A stretch of 59,405 nt of DNA, filler included, from Stramenopiles sp. TOSAG23-3 (lineage: Eukaryota), in NCBI GenBank assembly GCA_900128585.1. It is 8 parts of 8 records of this genome, joined end to end, with 100 filler letters (N's around TTAATTAATTAA, not from the genome) between each part and the next. Parts side by side here need not be neighbours in the genome. Positions count along the whole stretch, not along the records: positions 7,469 to 14,836 come from LT643167.1; positions 14,937 to 22,302 come from LT643168.1; 6 more parts are not named here. The stretch is one strand, 5' to 3'. The notes under the pieces were generated by a model, which ran no database searches, was not told where the DNA came from, and saw only the letters and a list, made by a program, of their open reading frames with translations. The first letter of the stretch is position 1. Every line of letters begins with the position of its first letter. This document shows, piece after piece, positions 9,279-17,669 of this stretch. The position numbers and the translations under genes were made by a program.

Positions 9279-11081
9279 ATGACAAGCTTTAGCGATAAAC
9301 TAACCATCCTAGAACGCGTGCGTTCAACCTGTAAGTCCACACAGCTCACACTCCCACAGATTGTGGTTATTGGCGACCAAAGCAGTGGAAAATCATCCCT
9401 ACTTTCCGAACTATCGGGCATTCCATTTCCAGAAGCCGCGAAAATATGCACGAAATGTCCCATTGTGGTTCACACCAGCAAGGCAACAGTCGGTCCTAAC
9501 ATTTACACCATTGGGGAGACAACCTTTAAACACAGCGAATTGACCAATGAAATAACGCGTATCCAAACCGACATGGTGAAAGACACGAAAATATCTACCA
9601 CGCCAATCCTAATCCACGCTAAGGGCGTAGACATGGAAGATTTGGTCCTCGTAGATTTGCCCGGTATTATCCACACAAACGGCGGCAAAGATGATGTGCT
9701 TCAACTGATAAAGCTTTTTATTCAACCAGAACAAAGTCTCATTCTTACCATAACAGAAGCGACACGAGACGAAGAAACAGCACAAGCGTTGCAGTTAGCA
9801 GAGGATGCAGACCCATCTGGAGAGCGCACACTACGCATCTTAAGCAAGTTCGATAAGTTTGATAGTCTGGCGAAGCGTGCCGAAGCTATTTCTATCATAC
9901 AAGAAGGGTCCGGGGAATTAAGGCCACACGCTGTCATCTGTCGCCCAAACGGTAATGCGTACGAATCCTCGAATGAACTGTTGCATTTGGATGGAGTCGA
10001 TGATCAAGGCATCCAGACATTAAAAGGCCGCCTTCCAACACTGTTGAGTAAGCGAATTGACGTTAATCTCCCAGAGTTAAAGAAGCAGGTCAGGGAAAGG
10101 TTGAATCATGCGAATGAACGTATTTCCGAATTGGGAAAGAACGAACTCAATACTACACAGATAAAAATACGTCTTCAAAAAGTTATCAACGACGTTGAAT
10201 TTGATTTGTGCGGGTTCACACGCACGGCGGCACAGACATTGCGCAAACACGGTATGTATGGACCGTCCAAGATTAAGAATCAGATGTTTGTTGAAGAAAT
10301 GGTCGATGACCTGTACCGACATGATCTATTTACACCGCCCTTTTTTCAGGGGAAAGAAACCTTCAACAAATGCCTACAGCAAATTGTAGGAGTATGGACT
10401 CCCATTTTACAAATGTTAACAAAGAACATACGCAAAACCTTGAAGGAATTCTTACCAGACTTCAAGGGGATTTCCAAAGCGTTAAAAGCGAACATCATCG
10501 ACAGTTGGGAGACACATTGTCGCACCATGATGGACGAGCTCGAAGCACGAATGAAGGCGGCATTGAAAAAGGAAACAAGACACTCTACGATGAACCATTA
10601 CCTGACCGCAAAGTATGAGGATTTTTTTCAATATTCATCCACTGTAAAAGAAACCATCTTATCGGCCATAAACTTAGAAACCTTTGCACACGTATATTCA
10701 AAGGACAATTCGAGTTCGTCGAGATGGAAACCGATACCAGTGGCTGCGCAAAAGGATGCATTGTCTGACATCATCGACAAAGCATTGGAGTCGTACTCAT
10801 CACAGTTCGACAAATCCAATCTCGAAGAACAGCGGAAAGAAATGATCGTTGCCACCGTAAAGGCAAACACCACGGTGTCGTTGAAAACGTTGACGGACAA
10901 CATGATGGCGGCCGTGAAAGAGGTGATCTATGACGGAAAAGAGCATTGGATCAATGTTGTGCTTCTATTCATTGAAGGGGCATCCGAAGATGAATTTACG
11001 AAGTCCGAGCGAAAAAAGTACCTCAAAATTCAAAAAGAAATGGAAGAGTGTGCTACGCTACTGAATGATATTAAAGTTTAA
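9279..11081 (+). CDS. Dynamin-superfamily GTPase (Mx/Vps1-like)
   Basis: G1 LPQIVVIGDQSSGKSS, G2 ICTKCP, G3 LVDLPG and G4-like SKFD, followed by a helical stalk containing TMNHY. First ATG at 9279. Confidence 0.9.
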   Translation: MTSFSDKLTILERVRSTCKSTQLTLPQIVVIGDQSSGKSSLLSELSGIPFPEAAKICTKCPIVVHTSKATVGPNIYTIGETTFKHSELTNEITRIQTDMVKDTKISTTPILIHAKGVDMEDLVLVDLPGIIHTNGGKDDVLQLIKLFIQPEQSLILTITEATRDEETAQALQLAEDADPSGERTLRILSKFDKFDSLAKRAEAISIIQEGSGELRPHAVICRPNGNAYESSNELLHLDGVDDQGIQTLKGRLPTLLSKRIDVNLPELKKQVRERLNHANERISELGKNELNTTQIKIRLQKVINDVEFDLCGFTRTAAQTLRKHGMYGPSKIKNQMFVEEMVDDLYRHDLFTPPFFQGKETFNKCLQQIVGVWTPILQMLTKNIRKTLKEFLPDFKGISKALKANIIDSWETHCRTMMDELEARMKAALKKETRHSTMNHYLTAKYEDFFQYSSTVKETILSAINLETFAHVYSKDNSSSSRWKPIPVAAQKDALSDIIDKALESYSSQFDKSNLEEQRKEMIVATVKANTTVSLKTLTDNMMAAVKEVIYDGKEHWINVVLLFIEGASEDEFTKSERKKYLKIQKEMEECATLLNDIKV

Positions 11082-11114
11082 ATCCTACTATATAAGTATT
11101 TTTAGACCTTCAAA

Positions 11115-11987
11115 ATGGAATGCAAAGCCCATCAAAACCATTGCGATGCGCAAAATAGCTCCTCTTACGTTTTAAGCTGTTTAGATGAAGACTTAATCTG
11201 TTACCACCACTACGATATTGACGGTGGACGAAAAATGATGATATGTGAATCGTACACGCCCATAGTAGCTACAACCACAACCACTTCCGCCACGTCAACC
11301 ACGTCCACCAGCCATACGCCAACAAGTACACTGGTAACAACACAGGAACCAACCACGGTCGTCTCAACTTCAAATGTGCGAACATCCACAACAACAATGC
11401 TACCAAATACAACGACTCCGAATCCAAGTCTAAGAGCTCTGACAAATACGTCGAGTGCCAAACAAATACAAAAGAAGTATGTATTAAAGCAATGGAATAG
11501 AACAAATCTAGCAGCATCTCCTCCAGCAAAACCCGAATATATATATGTTGATAATAATTCCGACGTCGCAATATGGGCATGTATTATCGTATTGATGCTA
11601 TTGCAGCTCTACCAAATTCTCAGAAACAAGACATGCACTAGACGTCCACGAAAAATAAGCAATCCACCGCCGGTCAACAATCAACAATTTCAAAGAAACT
11701 CATGGTCCAATATGCCACCGGTACAGCATATGAGAAGGGAACAGAAAAGAAGAGAACGGAAGACGAAATTAAGAGAGATTGTAAATGGTAACGGAGTTCC
11801 AAAGCCTCCACCCACCAGCGAATCGTTGATGAAGAAACAAAATGACGCACCACCATTACCGTCAAGGCCGGCACCAAAACACTCGCCACCAAGTGCAGAA
11901 GATGGTCTGAAGACGTTGAACGCGCTTCGTGGAACTGCAAAGTTAAAGCAGCAAATGCGAAGATTACACGAATCGCAAAAAACGTAA
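11115..11987 (+). CDS. Single-pass membrane glycoprotein-like protein (Cys-rich head, Thr/Ser mucin stalk, TM, Pro-rich tail)
   Basis: TTTTTSATSTTST stalk, TM VAIWACIIVLMLLQLYQIL, and a PPLPSRP motif in the tail. Confidence 0.65.
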   Translation: MECKAHQNHCDAQNSSSYVLSCLDEDLICYHHYDIDGGRKMMICESYTPIVATTTTTSATSTTSTSHTPTSTLVTTQEPTTVVSTSNVRTSTTTMLPNTTTPNPSLRALTNTSSAKQIQKKYVLKQWNRTNLAASPPAKPEYIYVDNNSDVAIWACIIVLMLLQLYQILRNKTCTRRPRKISNPPPVNNQQFQRNSWSNMPPVQHMRREQKRRERKTKLREIVNGNGVPKPPPTSESLMKKQNDAPPLPSRPAPKHSPPSAEDGLKTLNALRGTAKLKQQMRRLHESQKT

Positions 11988-12013
11988 TATATATAATACA
12001 ATAGTAATTGATA

Positions 12014-13261
12014 ATGAACGCATTAGTTGTTAGGGACGACATACAGGATTTTATCAAATCTGAACTGTTTACCGGAAGAGTACCATACCCTCCAACACCA
12101 TACAAAAAATGGTTTGGTTTCCTCTACGTTGCAAAGGCAGAAGGAGACGAGAACACTTGGAAAGTTGGGATGACAAATTATATTAAAGATAGAACCAAAG
12201 CGTTGGCGAGAGAAAGAGTAAAACCTCCCGTGTACGTGTGGTCGTGTCCGAATGTACAAGTAATAGAAACAGCAGTCAAACAAGTATTGGTCCATTTTAC
12301 AGAAGCAGGCGGCGACAAAAAAGCCGAGGACAAAGTGGAAGCTTTGGCAGACGAAGACAATGGGGCAGCAACCAAATACAGGTCTGAAATATTTTCCTTG
12401 CCATTCCCGGTTTTGATCCGTATGATACGACTCATTGTCCTGTACGTTTACACTCGAGAACAATGGATCACGTCAAATTTCCATTACCAAACTCTGCACA
12501 AATACTTTCAATTAAAACCAGAGGGAATACGGTATGTCGATGATGATGATGAAAAGCGAACGGCAGCGGGTACAAAAGTCATAGATACTCGAGTAACGGT
12601 AAGATATCCTACGCTGGATGAAGTGAAAATAAAATGGCGGCTGAAACAGATTGGTGCATTAAAAACAGACGGTGCGAAACAATTAGGAGAACTAAAAAAA
12701 GCGTTAAGGGCCGAGGATGGGTTATTAGAAGGCGAGGATGTTCCCGTTAGTAGAGTTGAACTGCTAAGGCGTTTGGCAGAAATTGTATATCGACGAAATT
12801 TTGACAAAAATGAAAGAGAGCAAAAAAGGTCATTTAAAGCTGTCACAGGTAAGGATTTACCAGTGCCTACTGTAGATAAATTAAGAGACTACGCCAAAAG
12901 TCTATACATAACGGATCCAGAATGGTACGGCAAAACGTATCAGGGCATCGTACGAAGTAAATCGAGCAACAATAGGTATAAAGTTTATTTTTACATAGAC
13001 AATAAAGCAACGACAGCATTTGTTTATCCAGAGTTCATTATCCCGGACAACTCATTCGATCTAGAAGCTGTGTACAAGGAATGTAACATCGATTGGATAG
13101 AGAAGCTTATTCCACAGGACGAAGACATTCAACGCTTGGGCCTTATTGACTTTGGTGAATTTAATTTTGGTGAAGAAGAGAGTGGTGCCGATGGTACGAC
13201 CGTTATCACATCCAGTGACGATGAGGATGAGTATATGGAGGAGACTAAACTCAAGTTTTAG
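12014..13261 (+). CDS. T5orf172/MUG113 (GIY-YIG-like) domain protein with an acidic C-terminus
   Basis: GFLYVAK...WKVGMT....R...L...IETAVKQVL...SEIF pattern. Confidence 0.65.
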   Translation: MNALVVRDDIQDFIKSELFTGRVPYPPTPYKKWFGFLYVAKAEGDENTWKVGMTNYIKDRTKALARERVKPPVYVWSCPNVQVIETAVKQVLVHFTEAGGDKKAEDKVEALADEDNGAATKYRSEIFSLPFPVLIRMIRLIVLYVYTREQWITSNFHYQTLHKYFQLKPEGIRYVDDDDEKRTAAGTKVIDTRVTVRYPTLDEVKIKWRLKQIGALKTDGAKQLGELKKALRAEDGLLEGEDVPVSRVELLRRLAEIVYRRNFDKNEREQKRSFKAVTGKDLPVPTVDKLRDYAKSLYITDPEWYGKTYQGIVRSKSSNNRYKVYFYIDNKATTAFVYPEFIIPDNSFDLEAVYKECNIDWIEKLIPQDEDIQRLGLIDFGEFNFGEEESGADGTTVITSSDDEDEYMEETKLKF

Positions 13262-14000
13262 CTCCTCGTGCTAGCACAATAAGTTCTGTACTAGACTGAA
13301 CTGGCGGGTCTTCGTAAAGTGGCAAATGGTCATTGTATTGCTCGAGTGTCCACTGCGTAGAATAATAACCAATGGTACCCTCGATATCCAACAGCGACAT
13401 CTTACTGTGCGGGTGATGTATTTTTGTCTTCTCTAAATTCATACGTAAAACCATCATACTAGGAAGTATTGTAGCGTCGAATTTGTTTAGGACCGACTTA
13501 AAGTGTGTTTTATAACTATCTCTCCAAGTACCGTACTCTTCTTCAAACCGCTGTTCCATCTCTTTATCTTTCTTTCGCTTTTTGAATTTCATTTGTGTGA
13601 GCGCAATGTGTCCTAATGCGGTTCTAAGCATGATCACAGTATTATGATCCCCGTTTTGGAACGCTTGGTACATTACATCCGTAAAGTAGCGATAATTTTG
13701 TCTAATTTGAAATTTATTTGCGAATCCACTATCTTTGCAAAGAATCGCGTAAATCACGTTAAAGATGGAATTGTCGATGTACTTCGGTATACTGTTTCTC
13801 TTTATGGGGTCAGAGTGGTAGCCGAACAATTGTCTGGAAGCTTTTTTACACTTTGAAGTCATTTCGTCGAGTTTATCATCGTACTCCGTTCTGAAGAGAC
13901 AAGTTAACATTGCCCGCACTTTATCCATTTGGGAAGGTGGTGCTGGGAAAGCCATATTGAACAAACGATAGCCGTCCGAGGAGAGTCGTCTTCTTGGCAT
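13251..14000 (-). CDS. RasGEF (CDC25)-like domain protein, divergent
   Basis: VIYAIL...YRYFTDVMYQAFQNGDHNTVIMLRTALGHIALTQMK...SYKTHFKSVL...ILPSM follows the CDC25 pattern (EIL..FI.IA..C..L.NFN...I..AL....I.RLK / YR..L...IP). Probable ATG at 14000. Confidence 0.55.
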   Translation of the reverse strand: MPRRRLSSDGYRLFNMAFPAPPSQMDKVRAMLTCLFRTEYDDKLDEMTSKCKKASRQLFGYHSDPIKRNSIPKYIDNSIFNVIYAILCKDSGFANKFQIRQNYRYFTDVMYQAFQNGDHNTVIMLRTALGHIALTQMKFKKRKKDKEMEQRFEEEYGTWRDSYKTHFKSVLNKFDATILPSMMVLRMNLEKTKIHHPHSKMSLLDIEGTIGYYSTQWTLEQYNDHLPLYEDPPVQSSTELIVLARGAKT

Positions 14001-14033
14001 TTTGGAATATAAAAGGACGCTTTTATAGTAGAA
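14001..14033. promoter_or_regulatory. 33-bp bidirectional promoter with back-to-back TATAAAA boxes
   Basis: TATAAAA on + at 14008-14014 and on - at 14021-14027, each about 20-27 bp upstream of the divergent ATGs at 14034 and 14000. Confidence 0.6.
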
Positions 14034-14609
14034 ATGCAAATCGACGTAAGTTTTGCTCACCCCGTCGGCCCTTATTCCAACCCAATTAATCACCTGATAC
14101 CTACGTATTGCCATGTTGAGATATCCTATCATACGACTGCAATGTCCTTTAAACAGCAGCTGGTACAACACATGGAATCACAATCGAAAAAGTATTTGAT
14201 AGAACTAAAAAGAAGGTTAGATAAAATTAATGGCAAGATAATTGTGTGTTTTTACATTAATTTTGGAGAAGTAGTTTCATGTAGGTTCTTAAGCCCGTTG
14301 ATTGAAAACGCTTACTACCGCCCACCCGAAAAGCCCGTGTACGACGTTCTGCCTTTAAAATGTACACTTGATCAAATGAACAAATTGACCGAGTTTTATT
14401 TGAAAAATTTAGGAAAGCCGTACGACTATGTGCGGGCAATGCTGTGTTTATTCCCATACACCCTCCGAGATTGCAACTATGAAAAATACTTTTGTAGTCA
14501 GTTGGTGATACGATCCTTAGTGGAAGCCGGATTGTGTGAAAATCACCCGAGCCCAAATCATCTCACACCGCTTGAAGTTTACAATTATTTGAAAAAAATC
14601 CCCTGCTAA
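14034..14609 (+). CDS. Permuted papain-like (NlpC/P60, YaeF/YiiX C92-type) amidase/peptidase
   Basis: Motif order YCHVEI (His) ... LGKPYDY ... YFCSQLV (Cys) ... LTP. Confidence 0.8.
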   Translation: MQIDVSFAHPVGPYSNPINHLIPTYCHVEISYHTTAMSFKQQLVQHMESQSKKYLIELKRRLDKINGKIIVCFYINFGEVVSCRFLSPLIENAYYRPPEKPVYDVLPLKCTLDQMNKLTEFYLKNLGKPYDYVRAMLCLFPYTLRDCNYEKYFCSQLVIRSLVEAGLCENHPSPNHLTPLEVYNYLKKIPC

Positions 14610-14936
14610 TTTTAACCTAACCCAAACCCTAATTGCTTTTTAATGCTATTGTACACTAAGGGGGTTTTACTGTTACGGACCCCCTAATTTTTAGCAGGTG
14701 TCTATTATAGATGGTGTGTAGGTCATTTTTTGTTTCCTTGCCTGTGTCCCATTCTTTAAAATACCTATCAAAAAACATTTTGTACTTGTAAAGGTCGCTA
14801 AAGTACCGATTTTTTTTTGAAAAAAAGTCCATTGTANNNNNNNNNNNNNNNNNNNNNNNNNNNNNNNNNNNNNNNNNNNNTTAATTAATTAANNNNNNNN
14901 NNNNNNNNNNNNNNNNNNNNNNNNNNNNNNNNNNNN

Positions 14937-15200
14937 GAAAATAAAGAAGAAGTAGAAAGAAGAAGAAAAGGAAGAAAGAAGAAGAAGAAAGAAGAAGAAG
15001 AAGAAGAAAGAAAAGAAGAAAAAATAAAAGAATAAGATAGAAGAAAGAAGAAGGAAGAAGAAAAGGAAGAAGAAGAAAGAAGAAGAAGAAGAAGAAAGAA
15101 GAAGAAGAAGAAGAAAAGAAGAAGGAGAAGAGAAAGAAGAAGAAAGAAGAAGAAAAGGAAGAAGAAGAAGAAAGAAAGAAAAGAAGAAGGAGAAGAGAAA
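14937..15200. repeat. GAA-rich microsatellite (also at 15735-16050, 25300-25460 and 29625-29764)
   Basis: Imperfect (GAA)n/(TTC)n tracts, frequently at contig ends. Confidence 0.95.
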
Positions 15201-15795
15201 GTAGTTACATAAACACAGTATATATAATCAATATATATAAATATCCTTAAATATAGATGACTTATTCTGTAACCTTATAATACTTTTAATAAATAATTAG
15301 CAAACAAAACTGAGGAATTAACGTTAAATAATATATTTGTTCTTTTTTGAATTATATATATATCACTGTCTTCGTTTTGTTCTTTCTATGTTAATTAATT
15401 AAAATGGAAGTAAAGAAATGGTTGGAATCGTTGAAATTCACCCATTATAACAAGACAGCAGTAGGGATGAGTCAAAATAGGAGAAAGGACACAAATCTTC
15501 TCTTCTGGATTATCTATGCTGTGTGTATGTAAAATAGGTATATTTTATCACTTTTTTCATTCTATTTAGTTATAATTTATATTGAGAAATGATAATCACA
15601 TAAGAAGCGACTAATTTTTTTTGTCTTTGTTGCCAGCCTATTCTTATATATATTAAATGAGTAATTTAAAATATACTTTATCTAATTCACTCATTTTAAT
15701 AATACATTGAATAGTAATGAAATGTACGAGGGAGGGAGAATAAGAAGAAGAATAGAAATAAGAAGAAGAAAAGGAAGAAGAAAGAAGAATAAGAA

Positions 15796-15826
<31 letters not shown>

Positions 15827-16321
15827 AAGAAGAAGAAAAGGAAGAAAAAAGAAAAGACGAAAAGAAGAAGATCACCGCGACGGCGACGACCGACGACGCG
15901 GCCGAAACATTTTTAATTTTCATCAAAATCATTATATTCCTCTTCTTTCTTCTTCTTCTTCTTCTTTCTTGTTCTTCTTTCTTCTTCATCTTCTTCTTTC
16001 TTGTTCTTCTTCTTCTTCTTGTTCTTTCTTCTTCTTCTTCTTCTTATTATCATATTTTTATTTTTATTATTTATTTGTTGTTTTTTTTGTTGTTGTTCTT
16101 CATTATTCATTATTCACACATTTATTCATAATAATATTTTTATCATTTTTTCGAAATTTGTTTTTGATTTTATTTATTTTCTTATACTTGTGAAAAAATA
16201 TTCAATTCATCGTTTAATAGACGTATGATGTCTTTCAATTTTTTCAATTTGTGAGCAAATCTTTAAAACGATTTCGTCTTTTCCATTACGGACACATATA
16301 TATACAACATATATATATAGA

Positions 16322-17311
16322 ATGGCAAGTTTTTCTAACCGTGCATCATGGAGGTATGGGGATGAAGAAGGGCGACCGGAGCGAAGGCACCAGCCGAGGG
16401 CGCAGTTGTCGACGTCGGTGCTGGATATTGGGGCCGCGGAAGATGGGTACTACATGGGCCCGGTCAAACGCACGTACGTTGGGAAGCAAGATTTGATTAC
16501 TAGCAGGGAACTGCTGGAACAAATGGAGCAATTCGATGAGATGAAACCGAACCGTGGGGCGATGCCGATTTCGCCCCACACTGGCGCATACTATCGGCCG
16601 TCCGACGAAAAATTGAATGCCTCGACCCAACTCAACAATCGGTACCATAAAAAACACGACATCGAGGACAAACTGGGGAGTTTAAAAGGCGGCGCGTACG
16701 CCCCAGGGAAGCAGTCACCCCCGCCATACAAGGTGGGACGGAAGCCGTTTTCGAAAGACTTTTATTTGCACAGCAACGGCGATGGGATCGACCATGGAAC
16801 GATTAGGTTCCTGAAACGCCAGGACATTAAAGCCCCGGAAGGCGCCGCGGGAAAGCTAATTGAGCGGGACACCACGACGGAGGACCAAAGGAAATTTTAT
16901 CCCGACAATTGGTGGGAGAGCGAGAACAGGGATAAGGGCCTACTGGTCCACAAGGTGGCACGGGACAACAGGTGGTTTGATAACCCGATCACGGGGGAAA
17001 CGACGGCGGCTGCTCCCACCCACGCCCAAGTTGCCGCAAATATACACGCGGTCTCTGGGGAAACAAGAGATAGAACGCTGCTGCGTGGGGCGACCCGTGG
17101 TGGCCCAAAAAACACCAACCCAATATACCACGTGCCGTTCCTTGAAGAAGCAATGGGCAGCAGCGAAACACCGGAGAAATCTCGCGCGCTCAATCCAAAT
17201 TTAAAGTACCCGGAACATCGAGCGTTAGACGGGAATCGCCTTCGAAGACCGACCCAGCGGTTTCAGAAGACGACGGGGTTGCTGGCATGGGACGACGGCG
17301 CCAAGAACTGA
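16322..17311 (+). CDS. Hypothetical protein (hydrophilic, low secondary-structure propensity)
   Basis: 329-aa GC-rich ORF flanked by AT-rich DNA. Confidence 0.7.
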   Translation: MASFSNRASWRYGDEEGRPERRHQPRAQLSTSVLDIGAAEDGYYMGPVKRTYVGKQDLITSRELLEQMEQFDEMKPNRGAMPISPHTGAYYRPSDEKLNASTQLNNRYHKKHDIEDKLGSLKGGAYAPGKQSPPPYKVGRKPFSKDFYLHSNGDGIDHGTIRFLKRQDIKAPEGAAGKLIERDTTTEDQRKFYPDNWWESENRDKGLLVHKVARDNRWFDNPITGETTAAAPTHAQVAANIHAVSGETRDRTLLRGATRGGPKNTNPIYHVPFLEEAMGSSETPEKSRALNPNLKYPEHRALDGNRLRRPTQRFQKTTGLLAWDDGAKN

Positions 17312-17669
17312 GAGGAATATTCACCCTAATCCCTTAAATAACATTGAATAATTCAAAGCTGAGGTTTATTTTTTTAAATGGAGATGGGGGGCACCCAGGG
17401 CAGGGCACTAATCCGGTGTCTTACAAATCGGTGTGACGTTCGGCGAAAAGTCGTTTTTTTATGAAAACAAATTATATATATAATAGTATGTTTTAAGACT
17501 CTCATTTTTTTATGATATCAAGTATGTACTAAAATTAACTTTAAAAAGGCTCGGTTTAAAAACAAGAGCGTAAATGTGTGTTTCTGGTGTCATTAAACCC
17601 TCTGGTGCTCCATGAAAGTTAAAATTCACGGCGTACACTCCTCTCTTTCGCTTGTCATTCTACTCGCTT

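Larger units (their letters stand above)
7469..14836. mobile_element. Putative large dsDNA virus fragment (Nucleocytoviricota- or Mirusviricota-like), free or endogenous
   Basis: Genes abut or overlap with mostly <40-bp spacers and TATA boxes near the ATGs. There is a T5orf172 gene and no GAA-rich intergenic tracts like those of the other contigs. No hallmark capsid or polymerase gene is present. Confidence 0.6.

Noticed and set aside
14613-14632. Telomere-like TAACCTAACCCAAACCCTAA near the end of the virus-like contig
   Set aside because: Only about three degenerate units, too little to claim telomeric integration.
15696-16228. Lys/Arg- or Phe/Ser-rich ORFs (also 29564..29812, 44431..44643)
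   Set aside because: They are translations of GAA/TTC microsatellites.
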